The notes: a model not told the origin generated them from the letters alone. 64,000 nt of DNA from Candidatus Omnitrophota bacterium (GCA_030651065.1 JAUSCU010000077.1:13362-77361); one strand, 5' to 3'; positions 1 to 10,583 are shown, numbered from the stretch's first letter. A program made the numbers and translations.

Positions 1-634
1 CGCAGATGTAGACCCGGACGGCGGCGGGATTGGCAAGGAGCTTCTCCACCTGGGTCTGCACGTAGCCGGAGGCTCCCTTCCACGCGGGGGTAGGCCGGCT
101 TACCGTCGGAAGGTAGGTGAAGTTGGGGTACCGGCGGGCCAGTTCCTGGAACTCCTCGTGATAAGGGATCATTGTTTCAAAGCGAGCACCGAATAAGAGC
201 GACATCCGGCCCTTGAAGCCGGCGCTCAGCAAAGAATGGATCATGCTTCGAAAGGGGGCGACGCCGGTGCCGGTGGCGATGAAGAGCGGCTCGAAGTCCA
301 CCGGGTCCGGAAGGATAAACTTGCCGAACGGGCCATGCACCTGGAACCGGTCGCCGGGCTTCAAGGTCCAGAACCAGTTAGTGACCAGGCCCCCCTCAAC
401 CCGCTTGATGATGAGGTTCAAGTGGCGCGGCTCTTCCGGCGGGGAGGCGATGGAATAGGCGCGGCGGATGACCTTGCCGTCCCGGGGGAGAACCACGCTG
501 ATGAACTGGCCGGCGATGAACCGGATTTCCCGGCCGGCGTCGAAGAGGAACTCAAAATCCTTCGTTTCGTTGCCGAAGTCGTGGATCGACCCCACGGTGA
601 CGTCGAAATATTCCGGCGCGGTTTTTTTAAGCAT
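1..634 (-). CDS. FAD/NAD(P)-binding oxidoreductase (ferredoxin-NADP reductase-like), 3' end outside window
   Basis: Manual translation from ATG at 634: [12 protein letters not shown]...AGQFISV...RRAYSIAS...GPFGKF...[13 protein letters not shown]...VYIC; FNR-family motifs. Not in ORF track because it is truncated. Confidence 0.85.
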   Translation of the reverse strand, partial: MLKKTAPEYFDVTVGSIHDFGNETKDFEFLFDAGREIRFIAGQFISVVLPRDGKVIRRAYSIASPPEEPRHLNLIIKRVEGGLVTNWFWTLKPGDRFQVHGPFGKFILPDPVDFEPLFIATGTGVAPFRSMIHSLLSAGFKGRMSLLFGARFETMIPYHEEFQELARRYPNFTYLPTVSRPTPAWKGASGYVQTQVEKLLANPAAVRVYIC

Positions 635-2402
635 CGCGGAGGATCTTCCGGTCCTTCAGAAGTTGAAGGATGTTGCGGACATTCTTTTCGGTGCCGGCGA
701 CCGGGTCGAGGTTTAAGTCCACGACCGCGCTCTTGAAACCGTTGGGACCGACGTTGACGACGACCATCCCCTCGCGGGAGGTCATCTCGTGAAGCTCAGA
801 GAGCTCGGCGTCGTTGATATTGCTGCCGGTCGCCACCACGATGAGGCCGGCGTCCAGAAATAAGTGGGCCACTTCCCCCATGCGGCGCACGTGCTCATGC
901 CGCTCCAGCCGGTGCTGTTCGACGTCGGTGTTCAAGCCGCGCAGCAGGTTGCCCATCCCTAGGAAATAGGTGGCCGCCCCGTGCAGGCCGAATAGCCGCT
1001 TTTCCAGCTCCTTGGCGATGGTCTTCTTGTCGACGCCGACCTTGCCGGTGAGCAGAACGAAGGCCGGCCGGTGGCCATAGCGCTTGGTCCGCTCCTCCGG
1101 CTCGACGACGCTGAAGTCCCACTTCTGCTCCCGTTCGGTCACCTGCCGCCGGAGGGCATCGTGGCCGTCCTCGATCATTTCCAGGATGATGCCGCCGCCG
1201 GCGATGTCGACCTCGTCCACGATCACGAACCGGCCGGTGGCCTCCAGGTCGTGCATCAAGTCGAACGCGACGGCCGAGGCGGCCTGCAGAACGCACTGCG
1301 CCACGTCGTGCCGGCCGATCTCCTTTTTGGCGGCCGGCTTGAGCTCGGAGGCATCGATCACCCGCTCAATCTTCTTCAAGCGCACCGAGACCTGCGCGGC
1401 GGCCACCTTGAGCTTGTAGGGACGGTCCAGCACCATCGGCCGCTTGCCCATCCAGAAGAGCTTCACCCGGAGCAAAGAGCTAACCCCCGGCAGAGGCTCC
1501 TTCACCCTGCACATCACGTCGCCGCGGTTCACGTAGACCTGCTCGGTAAGCGTGACGCCGGTGGAATGCCCGGCCGTCACCGAGGTCCGTTTCGGGGCGC
1601 TGAACGCCTCGATGGTCTTGATCTGGGAGCGCTTGCCCGACGGCAGGAAGACCACGGAATCCCCGACCGACAGCGAGCCGGACTCCACCCGCCCCGCCAC
1701 GATCCGGCGAGTGTCCTCATCTTCGGTAAACTTGTAGATTCCCTGCACCGGCATCCGGAACGGCCGCGCGGAAATGTCGGGCGACTTCTCGAAGGAATCC
1801 AGCATCTCCAGCACCGCCGGCCCCCGGTACCAGGGAAGTTTCTTGGAGGGGGTGATGAGGTTCTCCCCTTCGAGGGCCGACAGCGGAATGAACGCGCGCG
1901 GCTCGAGATCGATCTCTTTCAAGAAAACCCGGTATTCCTTTTGAATGCGGTCGAACACCTCCTGCTTGTAGCCGACCCTATCCATCTTGTTGACGCAGAC
2001 GGCCACTTGCCGGATCCCCAGCATCGAGAGCAGGTAGCCGTGCCGGCGGGAGTTTTCCTGGATCCCCTCCTCCGCGTCGATCACCAACAGCGCCGCCTCC
2101 GCCCGGGCCGCCCCGGAGACCATGTTTTTGAGGAACTCGATGTGGCCGGGCGCGTCGATCAGGATGTACTCCCGCTTCTTGCTCTTAAAGAAGACGCGGG
2201 CCGTGTCGATCGTGATCCCCTGAGACTGCTCGTCCTTTAAGGCGTCCAGCAGGAAGGCGTACTCGAACGGCTTGGCGGTGCGCTGGCACTCGTCCCGCAC
2301 CTGCTGGAGCTTGCCCTCCGGCAGGGAGCCGGTGTCGGCCAGCAGGCGCCCGACCAGTGTGCTCTTGCCGTGGTCCACGTGTCCCACAATGACGATGTTC
2401 AT
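627..2402 (-). CDS. cysN: Sulfate adenylyltransferase large subunit (GTPase) with C-terminal APS-kinase-like domain
   Basis: [24 protein letters not shown] motifs; directly downstream of cysD; C-terminal CysC-like region. Confidence 0.9.
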   Translation of the reverse strand: MNIVIVGHVDHGKSTLVGRLLADTGSLPEGKLQQVRDECQRTAKPFEYAFLLDALKDEQSQGITIDTARVFFKSKKREYILIDAPGHIEFLKNMVSGAARAEAALLVIDAEEGIQENSRRHGYLLSMLGIRQVAVCVNKMDRVGYKQEVFDRIQKEYRVFLKEIDLEPRAFIPLSALEGENLITPSKKLPWYRGPAVLEMLDSFEKSPDISARPFRMPVQGIYKFTEDEDTRRIVAGRVESGSLSVGDSVVFLPSGKRSQIKTIEAFSAPKRTSVTAGHSTGVTLTEQVYVNRGDVMCRVKEPLPGVSSLLRVKLFWMGKRPMVLDRPYKLKVAAAQVSVRLKKIERVIDASELKPAAKKEIGRHDVAQCVLQAASAVAFDLMHDLEATGRFVIVDEVDIAGGGIILEMIEDGHDALRRQVTEREQKWDFSVVEPEERTKRYGHRPAFVLLTGKVGVDKKTIAKELEKRLFGLHGAATYFLGMGNLLRGLNTDVEQHRLERHEHVRRMGEVAHLFLDAGLIVVATGSNINDAELSELHEMTSREGMVVVNVGPNGFKSAVVDLNLDPVAGTEKNVRNILQLLKDRKILRDA

Positions 2403-3283
2403 TACATGTACCCTTCGCGGCGCAGGGTCTCGAGCCCGCCGCCGTCTTCCTTATCCTGCGCGCGGCCGGAGCGCTCGGCGATGTTGCGGAACTTTCCGGT
2501 CTTAAGCTCCTCGATGATCTCCTTCACATTCTTGGCGGTGGATTTGACCGGGAAGGTGCAGGGGTAGCAGCCGAGCGACCGGTAACGCTCTCCCTTGCCT
2601 TGGTCGAAATAGAGCGGCACCACCGGGATCTTCTCCTTCTCGATGTACTCCCAGATGTCCAGCTCGGTCCAGTCGAGCAGCGGGTGGACGCGGATGTGGG
2701 TGCCGGGCGCGAAGTCGGTCTTGAACTGGTTCCAGAGTTCCGGCGGCTGATCCCCCACCTCCCAGTTGCTCTCCTTGTCCCGAGGCGAAAAGTAGCGCTC
2801 CTTCGAGCGGCTCCCTTCCTCGTCCGCTCGGGCGCCGACGATCACCCCGGTGTAGGGCTCTTTGTTTGTGTCCGGCACGTACTTACCCGTCGCGTGGTCC
2901 ATCCGGTAGCGGGGCCACTTGCCCGACAGGGTGTTCACCAAAGCATCGGTTTTTAAGGTCTTGCAGCACTCCACGCGGGTGAGTTTCCCTGCCGGGAAGG
3001 TCCGTCCCTCCTGGAGCGCCTGCTCGTTCCGGCCGGTGATCATGTTCAGCTTCCAATCGAGGGCCAGCTTGTCGCGGTATCGGATCATCTCCGGAATCTT
3101 GAAGTCGGTGTCGATATGGACGAGCGGGAACGGCACGTGGCCGAAGAAGGCCTTGCGGGCGAGCCAGAGCATGACGGTACTGTCCTTGCCGATGGACCAG
3201 AGCATGGCCAGGTTCCTGAAGTGGTGGTGAGCCTCCCTCAGGATGTAAACCGATTGGCTTTCTATCTTTTCGAGATGTGTCAT
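2402..3283 (-). CDS. cysD: Sulfate adenylyltransferase small subunit
   Basis: [26 protein letters not shown]-terminal REGYM; start trimmed to ATG at 3283. Confidence 0.93.
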   Translation of the reverse strand: MTHLEKIESQSVYILREAHHHFRNLAMLWSIGKDSTVMLWLARKAFFGHVPFPLVHIDTDFKIPEMIRYRDKLALDWKLNMITGRNEQALQEGRTFPAGKLTRVECCKTLKTDALVNTLSGKWPRYRMDHATGKYVPDTNKEPYTGVIVGARADEEGSRSKERYFSPRDKESNWEVGDQPPELWNQFKTDFAPGTHIRVHPLLDWTELDIWEYIEKEKIPVVPLYFDQGKGERYRSLGCYPCTFPVKSTAKNVKEIIEELKTGKFRNIAERSGRAQDKEDGGGLETLRREGYM

Positions 3284-3296
3284 CGCGAAAAAGGGG

Positions 3297-3749
3297 CTAT
3301 TCGGAAGCCTTCTTTTTGATCCAAGAAGCGCCGGCCTCTTCCAGCGCCGAGCGGATCGAATTGGGAAGAGCTTCAAGGGCCAGGTTCAGCTCCGCCGTCT
3401 GACCCGGCTCCACCGTGAAAAAGAGCTTTTCCGGCTGGAGCCCGCCCTTGCTCACTTGCAGCGAGTAGTTCCCCGGCTCAAGGCCTTTCTTTGAGTAGCC
3501 GCCGTCGGCACCGGTCTCCGAGGTGGCGATGATGCCGCCCTGCACCTTGGAAATCTGGACCCAGGCCTGCGGGACCGCCCGGCCGTCCGCCCGGACTTGG
3601 ATGGAGACGGCGCCGGGGCCCTGTGGGGAAAAAAAGATCTTCTTGGCGTTGTAAGCCCCCACCGCCAGCGTGACGACCCCCACTGCGATACCGAGGATCA
3701 GCTGGATCTTTTTCAACATCAGGTCATGCTTGCTTTCATCTGCGCCCAT
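3297..3749 (-). CDS. Membrane-anchored carboxypeptidase-regulatory-like (prealbumin fold) domain protein
   Basis: N-terminal TM helix; [22 protein letters not shown] pattern. Confidence 0.6.
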   Translation of the reverse strand: MGADESKHDLMLKKIQLILGIAVGVVTLAVGAYNAKKIFFSPQGPGAVSIQVRADGRAVPQAWVQISKVQGGIIATSETGADGGYSKKGLEPGNYSLQVSKGGLQPEKLFFTVEPGQTAELNLALEALPNSIRSALEEAGASWIKKKASE

Positions 3750-3781
3750 TCAAATTCTCCACTTTTCTTTATTATAGCAGG

Positions 3782-5743
3782 CTACTCGTACCTCAGCGCT
3801 TCGATCGGGTTCAAGGCGGCGGCTTTCCGAGCCGGCCAAAAACCGAACAGCACGCCGACCGCGCAGGAGAAGAAAAAGGAGAGCGCGACGGCGCTTAAAG
3901 AGACCTGGGCGGCCCACCCGGCCCACTGGGACATCCCCAGCGTGATGAGCCATCCGAGCGCGATGCCGATCACGCCTCCGGCCACGCTCACCACTACCGC
4001 CTCCACCAGGAACTGGCCGAGGATGTCCCGGCGGCGGGCGCCGATCGCTTTGCGCAGGCCGATCTCTCGTGTCCGCTCGGTCACGGAAACCAACATGATG
4101 TTCATGATGCCGATACCGCCCACCAGCAGGGAGATCACCGCGATGGAGGCCAGCAGCAATGTCATCGTCCGGTTAGTTTCCGACAGCGCCGCCTGGATCT
4201 CGGCCATGTTCCGGATCTCAAACGCCCCCTTTCGGGAGGCGGGGATCCGGTGGCGGCGGCGCATCAGATCCTGCACGGAATCCTCCACCGCGCTCATCCC
4301 CTCGGCCTCCTCCACCTCGATGGAAATGTCGTCCACGTGCTCTTTTCCCAGCAGGCGGCGCATCGCGGTGCCGATCGGGACGACCACCACGTCGTCCTGG
4401 TCCCGCCAGCCGGTGGCCCCCTTGGCCGGAAGGACGCCGATGACCTGGAAGCTGGAGCGGTTGATCTTGATCGTCTCGCCGACCGGATTGGCGTCGCCGA
4501 ACAGCTCCCTGGAGACCGTCTGTCCGACCAGCACCACGCGGGAGCGGCGGCGCGACTCCTCCGCGTCGAAGAACCGGCCGGCCACGGGGGTGGCGCCCCT
4601 CACCGAAGCGTAATCGGGCGTCACTCCCTCAATGCGGGTGTTCCAGTTCCGGTTGCCGTAGACCACCTGCCCCCGTCCGTCCACCGAAGGGGCCACCCGG
4701 CGGATGCCGGGCAAGGCGGCGACGGCCTCCGCGTCGGCCAGCGTCATCCGCGTGACCACGCCGCTCTCGAGCGCCACCCGGCCGGCCTGGCGGGCCCCGG
4801 GCCGGAGCATTAAGAGGTTGGAACCGAGCGAGGCCAGTCTCGCCTCAATCGAGGCGCTGGCCCCGCTACCCAGGGCCAGCATCGCGATGACCGCGGCCAC
4901 GCCGATCAGGATCCCCAGGGTCGAAAGCCCGGTCCGAACCTTGTTGGCCAGCAGCGCCCGGACCGCCTGCCGGAAATGGTCGGAGATCTCCCGAAGAAAG
5001 AAACCGGTACCGTTTCCGGCAGTACCGGGTTGCTCTCCGGAACCCGGCACGTTTGGAAATGGTACCGCATTGGACGTGTCTGATTCGATCCTGCCGTCCC
5101 TCATCCGGATGATCCGCCGCGCCCGGTCGGCCACCTCCTGCTCGTGCGTCACCAGGATCACCGTGATCCCCTGCCGGTTCAGCCCCGAGAGGATCTCCAG
5201 GATTTCGTGGGAGCTGGCGGAATCGAGATTGCCGGTCGGCTCGTCCGCGAAGATCACCCGGGGCCGGTTGACCAGCGCCCGAGCGATCGCCACCCGCTGC
5301 TGTTGGCCGCCCGACAGCTGGGCGGGGGTGTGGCCCATCCGGGCTTTCAAACCCACCTGCTCCAGCAGTTCCAGAGGGCGGGAGGGAGCGCTGCCATTAT
5401 GGAGGCCGGGAGCATACAACAGCGGCAGGCGGGTGTTTTCCAGCGCGGACATGCGGGGAAGAAGATTGAACTGCTGGAAGACGAACCCGATCGTCCGGGC
5501 CCTTAAAGCGGCCAACTCATCCTCCGAAAGCCCGCGGATCTCCCGGCCGGAGAGCCGGTAGGAACCGGCGTCGGGTACGTCGAGCAAGCCCAGCACGTGC
5601 ATCAGGGTGGATTTACCCGAACCGGAGGGACCCATGATCGCCACGAAATCCCCCTGTTCGACGGTCAGCGAAACATCCTGGAGCGCCTGCACCTCCACCT
5701 CCCCCATCCGGTAAACCTTGCGGAGGTTGGAGGTCTGTATCAT
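3782..5743 (-). CDS. macB: MacB-family ABC transporter, fused ATPase/permease
   Basis: GPSGSGKS, LSGGQQQRVAIARAL, DEPTGNLD; FtsX-type VGGIGIMNIMLVSVTERTREIG. Confidence 0.93.
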   Translation of the reverse strand: MIQTSNLRKVYRMGEVEVQALQDVSLTVEQGDFVAIMGPSGSGKSTLMHVLGLLDVPDAGSYRLSGREIRGLSEDELAALRARTIGFVFQQFNLLPRMSALENTRLPLLYAPGLHNGSAPSRPLELLEQVGLKARMGHTPAQLSGGQQQRVAIARALVNRPRVIFADEPTGNLDSASSHEILEILSGLNRQGITVILVTHEQEVADRARRIIRMRDGRIESDTSNAVPFPNVPGSGEQPGTAGNGTGFFLREISDHFRQAVRALLANKVRTGLSTLGILIGVAAVIAMLALGSGASASIEARLASLGSNLLMLRPGARQAGRVALESGVVTRMTLADAEAVAALPGIRRVAPSVDGRGQVVYGNRNWNTRIEGVTPDYASVRGATPVAGRFFDAEESRRRSRVVLVGQTVSRELFGDANPVGETIKINRSSFQVIGVLPAKGATGWRDQDDVVVVPIGTAMRRLLGKEHVDDISIEVEEAEGMSAVEDSVQDLMRRRHRIPASRKGAFEIRNMAEIQAALSETNRTMTLLLASIAVISLLVGGIGIMNIMLVSVTERTREIGLRKAIGARRRDILGQFLVEAVVVSVAGGVIGIALGWLITLGMSQWAGWAAQVSLSAVALSFFFSCAVGVLFGFWPARKAAALNPIEALRYE

Positions 5744-6735
5744 CGCTGCTCGGAGCGGCTGCGCCGCTGGAAATCGGGCGTGAAGGGGCTCTTGAGATTC
5801 TTGCGGGCCGACAGGTTCCCCTTTGAGCGGACCAGGACCGAATCTCCTTCGTTCAGGCCGGAGGTGATCTCCGTCATTTTTCCATCCGTGGCGCCGGTCT
5901 CCACCGGTTTTATTTCCGGCGGCCCGCCGCCGGGCCGGGCGATCAGCACCACCACCCGCCCCTGTTCCCGCTGCACCGCCTCGGAGGGAACCAGCAACAC
6001 CCCTTTCTTCGAGTCAGTCACGAACAGCACATTGGCCGTCATTCCACTGCGCATGGACTCAGGCACCTCAGCCGGCAGGACGTCCACCTCGTAGATCGTC
6101 ACGTTGTTCACGGTCTTGGCCTCGTAAGCGATCTGATCCACGACGGCCACAATCTCCCGGTCCGGGTAAGCGTCGAGCGTCAGCGCCGCTTCCTGCTTCA
6201 GCCGGACTTGGCCGATGTCGGTCTCATCCACCTGCGCCAGCACAATCAGCCGGTCCGACAGCACGAAGACGGCGTCCTGCGCGGTGACCGTCTGGCCCGG
6301 CTCCACCCTACGCCCGATGATCGTCCCATCCAGAGGGGCCAGCAGCGGGGCCGGTTTGTAGATCTCCTCCCAATGAGCGAGAACCTTTTCCCCTTTTGCC
6401 CGGGCCGCATCCAGCAGAGCCGCCCGCTCGGTGGAGCTCATCCAGGCCAGGATCTGGCCCCGCTTCACCTTTTCCCCTTCCCGCGCGAGCACTTCCTCCA
6501 TCCGCCCGGCGATCGGAGGCTTGATCTCCAGCCGGTTCTGCGGCTGAACGAGCCCGGTGGCCTGCACGGTCACTGTGAGGTCGCCGCGGGACACCGGCAC
6601 GGGCTGGAGCTCCTGAACGGTGCCAGGTCTTAGACCTGGCACCGTTTGTCCTGGCACTCCTTGCGCGCGGCCCCAGACTGCCCAGATCGCCGCCATCAGC
6701 GCGGCGAGCGCGATCCATTTCAAAGCTCTTTTCAC
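5740..6735 (-). CDS. macA: MacA-like periplasmic adaptor (membrane fusion protein)
   Basis: Lies between TolC and MacB; lipoyl-like motifs, VDETDIG, SGMTANV; GTG start at 6735 overlaps TolC stop. Confidence 0.85.
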   Translation of the reverse strand: MKRALKWIALAALMAAIWAVWGRAQGVPGQTVPGLRPGTVQELQPVPVSRGDLTVTVQATGLVQPQNRLEIKPPIAGRMEEVLAREGEKVKRGQILAWMSSTERAALLDAARAKGEKVLAHWEEIYKPAPLLAPLDGTIIGRRVEPGQTVTAQDAVFVLSDRLIVLAQVDETDIGQVRLKQEAALTLDAYPDREIVAVVDQIAYEAKTVNNVTIYEVDVLPAEVPESMRSGMTANVLFVTDSKKGVLLVPSEAVQREQGRVVVLIARPGGGPPEIKPVETGATDGKMTEITSGLNEGDSVLVRSKGNLSARKNLKSPFTPDFQRRSRSEQR

Positions 6736-7964
6736 GTGATCGGTCCCTTCCCCAAAGCCCGCTCCCAGACCGCCTCCGCAAGCACGGCGTCCCGCAGCGT
6801 GGCCAACATCGTTTTTTGGTTGTCGATCAGGTCGTTCTCGATGATATCCCAATCCTCGAACGAGAGCAGACCGGTCGTGTACTGCGCGCGCGCGATCTCC
6901 GCCCGAAGGTCGGCCGCTTCCAGGAACTCCCGACGAACGGCGACCCGCTCCACCGCATCCTGCAGCGCGGCGAACCGGCTCTCCAGCTCCGCGGCGGTCT
7001 TTCCGTCCACGGTCCGCAGGTTGGCCAGTGCCCGCGCCTGCTCGGCCTGTGCCTCCTTCACGTCAAAGATCTCTTTCCCACCGGAGAAGAACGGGAAGGA
7101 AATCTCGATGCCGGCCGACCACTCGCTCTCATCCGGCGGCCAGTTGGAAGAGCCGAAACCGGCTGACCCCACGGCATCCACGTCCGGCAGGTACCGGCTC
7201 TGGGCGATCTTCACACCCGAACCGGCCGCCTGGGCTTGCGCATCCGCCTCCTGGTGGGCCGGCGTCTGCAGTGCCGCCTGCCCGATATCCGGCAGCGGCG
7301 CCAGCGGACGGACGCCGAACTCGCCGGCCACCGAGATCCCATCCGGCGTTTTTCTTCCCATCACCCGCCCGAGCTCCCTCTGCCCCACCCGGCGGGACCG
7401 CTCGGCCTGGGCCACCTCGAACCGGGCCTGCGCCGCCGAGGCCTTGATGCGCAGGTAAGAACCCTGGTGCTCGCGCCCGGCCTCGTACCGGAGCTTCAAC
7501 AGATCCACATTCTCTTGGCGGCGGCGATCAATCGCTTCGGTGAGCGCAAGCTGTTCCTGCGCGAACAGGAGCTGAGCGAAAGCCGACTTGAGCTCGGAAC
7601 CGACCCGGGACTTGACCGCCGACAGCCGAGCCTCCTCGGCCGCCCGTTCTGCGCCGGACTGCTCAACCCCGGCCCGGTTGCGGCCGCCGGAGAAAAGGGT
7701 CTGCTTCAAAGAGAGGCCGGCGCTATGGCTCTCGCTGGAACTGTCGCTGATCTCGGAAGAGGCATCGGCGGACAACTGCGGGAGGAGCGGGCTGCGGCTT
7801 CCTTGAACACGGGCCCAGGCGGCGGCGACCGAATAGCCGGCGGCGCTCAGGTCCGGGTTATTCCGGGCCGTTTCCTGGACGCTCCGTTCCCAGGTGAGAG
7901 GCTCTTCGGCCCTCGCCGCGGGAAGGAACGCGAGAAGGCAGAGGGCCAAGAAAAAAAATCTCAC
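6732..7964 (-). CDS. TolC-family outer membrane efflux protein
   Basis: Signal peptide, NPDL, LLPQLS, YEAG repeat architecture; GTG start at 7964. Confidence 0.85.
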   Translation of the reverse strand: MRFFFLALCLLAFLPAARAEEPLTWERSVQETARNNPDLSAAGYSVAAAWARVQGSRSPLLPQLSADASSEISDSSSESHSAGLSLKQTLFSGGRNRAGVEQSGAERAAEEARLSAVKSRVGSELKSAFAQLLFAQEQLALTEAIDRRRQENVDLLKLRYEAGREHQGSYLRIKASAAQARFEVAQAERSRRVGQRELGRVMGRKTPDGISVAGEFGVRPLAPLPDIGQAALQTPAHQEADAQAQAAGSGVKIAQSRYLPDVDAVGSAGFGSSNWPPDESEWSAGIEISFPFFSGGKEIFDVKEAQAEQARALANLRTVDGKTAAELESRFAALQDAVERVAVRREFLEAADLRAEIARAQYTTGLLSFEDWDIIENDLIDNQKTMLATLRDAVLAEAVWERALGKGPIT

Positions 7965-8338
7965 CGCGAGCCGTGTCTCTTGGCCCGACGGACCTGCCAC
8001 TCCTTCTCCATTCGGTCGAATTTCTCTTGTTGCTCCGGGGAGAGTAATTTCCGGATCTCGGACTGGGTGGAGATCCGGATCTCTTCGCGGCGGGGCCGGA
8101 TCTCCGTCCGCAGCCCCTCCATCTTCTGCCGCTTCGTTTCCAAAAGAACTTTAACCTGCTCCGTTTGTTCGGACGTCAGTTTCAGCTGAGCGCTAAACCG
8201 CTCCAGCATGCTCTCGTACCGCTGTTCCCAGCCCCAGCGGCGCGGAAAAAGATCCCGGCCGGCCCACCAGCCGGTCCCTATCCCTAACGCGAAACCGGCC
8301 AGGCAGGAAAGAGCGATCACTTTCTTTAAGCCGTTCAT
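7961..8338 (-). CDS. Spy/CpxP-like periplasmic helical protein
   Basis: TM anchor then LKLTSEQ...LLSPEQQEKF (LTxxQ repeats); ATG at 8338. Confidence 0.65.
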   Translation of the reverse strand: MNGLKKVIALSCLAGFALGIGTGWWAGRDLFPRRWGWEQRYESMLERFSAQLKLTSEQTEQVKVLLETKRQKMEGLRTEIRPRREEIRISTQSEIRKLLSPEQQEKFDRMEKEWQVRRAKRHGSR

Positions 8339-8658
8339 GAGCCCTCCTCCATCAGTTCCAGCAAGCTGCCGGAGGATGGCCGGACGTTCGCGACCCAGCC
8401 GGAGCTTCCCGTGTCCAGCAGCATCTGCGTGGAGACGGCGGGAGCCCGGCCCGCGACCACCGCCATGAGAAGCAGCGCCAAGCCCGGCGCCAGCGCCGGC
8501 ACCCACCACCTCACCGGCCAGAGGCGCGGGCGAGCCGGCTCGGGACGGCGAAGCTGCCCCATCACCTGTTCCACGAAGAACTCCTCATGGTCCGGCTTCG
8601 GCTGACCGGAAAAGATCCGGGCGACCTTCTCCCACCCCTTCGGAAGTTTCTCTTCCAT
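8335..8658 (-). CDS. Putative single-TM anti-sigma factor
   Basis: Directly downstream of ECF sigma; FVEQVM motif plus TM helix; RBS-like AGGGAGG before ATG 8658 (alternative ATG 8685). Confidence 0.6.
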   Translation of the reverse strand: MEEKLPKGWEKVARIFSGQPKPDHEEFFVEQVMGQLRRPEPARPRLWPVRWWVPALAPGLALLLMAVVAGRAPAVSTQMLLDTGSSGWVANVRPSSGSLLELMEEGS

Positions 8659-8683
8659 GTTCCCAGAGCCCTCCCTCATTTTC

Positions 8684-8715
8684 ATTAGACGTCCGCCGGC
8701 TGCAAAAAGTGTCGC
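8684..8715 (-). promoter_or_regulatory. Putative ECF promoter GCGACAC-N17-CGTCTAAT inside sigma gene 3' end
   Basis: Same bipartite motif recurs at 10086-10116. Confidence 0.6.
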
Positions 8716-9245
8716 GCTTTTTCAGCGCATTCGGCCCGGGCCCGGCGCAGCCGGGCTTTCACGGCGTCCAGCGAACAGCCAAGGAACTCGGCCAACTCCT
8801 CGTAGCTTAAACCCTCCACTTCCCGAAGGATCAGGATCGTCCGGACCTGCTCCGGAAGGCGGTCCAGCACCTCCTGAAGCTGCCGGCGCTGAATGACCGG
8901 GTCTTCCCGGACCACCAGAGCTTCGGCCGCTTCCCCTTTCTCTTCCCGCAGGGCGTCCCAGGATTCCGTCGGCTGCCGCCCCCTCTTCCTTAACAGATCC
9001 CGGCAGTGGTTCACGGCGATCCGGTGCAGCCAGGTTGAGAAACCGGCCGCTCCGCGGAATCCCCCCAGTCCCCGGTAGGCTTTGATGAAAACCTCCTGAG
9101 CGGCGTCGTCCGCTTCCGCGGCGTTGCCCAGCGTCCAGAGACAAAGCTGACGGATCCGCGCCTGGTGCTTCCGGACAAGGAGGGCGTAAGCCTCTTTATC
9201 CCCGGCGCGGATCCGCTCGACAACATTCTGGTCCTCATCCTGCAT
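8685..9245 (-). CDS. ECF RNA polymerase sigma factor (sigma-70 family)
   Basis: ADDAAQEVFIKAY, FSTWLHRIAVNHC, EGLSYEELA, VKARLRRAR. Confidence 0.92.
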   Translation of the reverse strand: MQDEDQNVVERIRAGDKEAYALLVRKHQARIRQLCLWTLGNAAEADDAAQEVFIKAYRGLGGFRGAAGFSTWLHRIAVNHCRDLLRKRGRQPTESWDALREEKGEAAEALVVREDPVIQRRQLQEVLDRLPEQVRTILILREVEGLSYEELAEFLGCSLDAVKARLRRARAECAEKARHFLQPADV

Positions 9246-9251
9246 GATGGG

Positions 9252-9617
9252 CTATTTTAACCCATACGCTCCCTGCAATTGCTCCTCGGTCGGCAGATGG
9301 AGGTAGCGCTCCCCGCGAGGCCCGACGTAGCTGCCCCCCTCCTGCCGGAGCGTAACCGGCGTGTAGCTGCCGTTGGAGTTGACGACGTTGATCACCACCG
9401 TATTGACGGGGGCCGCGTAAACCACCTGTGTGCGCGGCCAGTAATCATAACGGGGCCTAGGATGCCAATCCGACCAGCCGTGATGCCGTCTTCCATAGCC
9501 GCTCTCGTAGCGGACCGACCACCGGTCCCTGTGCTGGCCGCCGGCCTCATGGGCCCAGGCCACGCCCGAGGAAAGCAGGGCGGCACCCGCTACCGTCAGA
9601 ATCAGAATCTTTCTCAT
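9252..9617 (-). CDS. Secreted hypothetical protein with C-terminal NSNGS...GP.GE.Y..LPT.EQL domain
   Basis: Signal peptide; C-terminal domain shared with the neighbouring gene; RBS AGGAGG. Confidence 0.75.
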   Translation of the reverse strand: MRKILILTVAGAALLSSGVAWAHEAGGQHRDRWSVRYESGYGRRHHGWSDWHPRPRYDYWPRTQVVYAAPVNTVVINVVNSNGSYTPVTLRQEGGSYVGPRGERYLHLPTEEQLQGAYGLK

Positions 9618-9631
9618 CTCTCACTCCTCCT

Positions 9632-10060
9632 TTAGAACCCGTACACCGGCCGCAGCTGCTCCGGCGTGGGTAACTGGATGTAATGCTCCCCCTTGGGGCC
9701 GACATACTCGCTCCCCTCGCGCCGCAGAGTGACCGGTGTGATGGAACCGTTGCTGTTGGTCACGTTGATCAGCACCGTGTTGGCGGCCTGAATCGCCTGA
9801 GCGTTCTGCGCCTGCAATTGTGACTTGTCCTGTTCGTTCCCTACCACATAACCTCCACCCGCCCCGAGCGCTCCTCCAATGGCCGCCCCCTCCGCTGTGT
9901 GACCGGACTGGTGCCCGATGATCGCGCCCAGGCCCGCCCCGAGCAACCCCCCCAGCAAAGCCCCTTGAGGCGCCCGGTTAGAGGCCCCCGTGCCGGCGCA
10001 GCCCATCAGAGCGGAACCCGCGAGAAAAACCGAAACGATCTGAACCGTGGATTTCTTCAT
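9632..10060 (-). CDS. Glycine-zipper lipoprotein with C-terminal NSNGS domain
   Basis: Lipobox LMGC; GALLGGLLGAGLGAIIG glycine zipper. Confidence 0.8.
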   Translation of the reverse strand: MKKSTVQIVSVFLAGSALMGCAGTGASNRAPQGALLGGLLGAGLGAIIGHQSGHTAEGAAIGGALGAGGGYVVGNEQDKSQLQAQNAQAIQAANTVLINVTNSNGSITPVTLRREGSEYVGPKGEHYIQLPTPEQLRPVYGF

Positions 10061-10085
10061 GGCTTGGTCTTCCCCCTTTCACAGG

Positions 10086-10116
10086 ATTAGACGCGCAGGC
10101 GGGGAAAAAGTGTCGC
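10086..10116 (-). promoter_or_regulatory. Putative ECF promoter GCGACAC-N16-CGTCTAAT upstream of the operon
   Basis: Motif duplicated at 8684-8715; CGTC -10 element is typical of ECF promoters. Confidence 0.65.
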
Positions 10117-10137
10117 GGAATTTTAAGGCGGGGTTAT

Positions 10138-10563
10138 TTAAAGAATCGCGCGGAGACCTTCGAGGCCCCATTGCATGATGACGTTGTGGTTCCAGCGGAA
10201 CAGCGGGCGAGCGATGGGGGCAAGCAGGTTCATCCAGGCTTTCGTGGTGCGGACGTTCCAATCGTAGCGGACAAGGGTGACACCGCCAACAGCCTCAAAA
10301 GTCCACCGGCCGGTGCCGGAGAGCTCCCCTTCCGCCGTGGATTCAATGAGGGACATCGGCTCCACGCGGGTGACCTTCATATCAAAGGTAAGCCGGTACG
10401 GCAGCCGGCTTTTCCAGGTGAAGCGGCGGACCGAGCCGATCTGCTCCACCCGTTCCACCCCTTTCCACCAGGAGGGCCACCGGTCGGAATCGTAGATCGC
10501 CTCCCACACTTTTTCAAGCGGGGCTTGAAGGGTCCATCGGGTCACAAACGAATAAGCGGCCAT
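10138..10563 (-). CDS. SRPBCC/polyketide cyclase family protein
   Basis: [17 protein letters not shown]; GELSGTGRW. Confidence 0.8.
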   Translation of the reverse strand: MAAYSFVTRWTLQAPLEKVWEAIYDSDRWPSWWKGVERVEQIGSVRRFTWKSRLPYRLTFDMKVTRVEPMSLIESTAEGELSGTGRWTFEAVGGVTLVRYDWNVRTTKAWMNLLAPIARPLFRWNHNVIMQWGLEGLRAIL

Positions 10564-10583
10564 TCTCCGGTCTTCATTATAGA

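Noticed and set aside
1071-2240. Long antisense ORFs (e.g. 1071-2240, 29710-30801, 42173-43273, 53737-55092, 61746-62987)
   Set aside because: Shadow frames of well-supported genes in high-GC DNA; no recognisable motifs.
627-2402. Elongation factor (EF-Tu/SelB) call
   Set aside because: Adjacent cysD and the CysC-like tail identify CysN.
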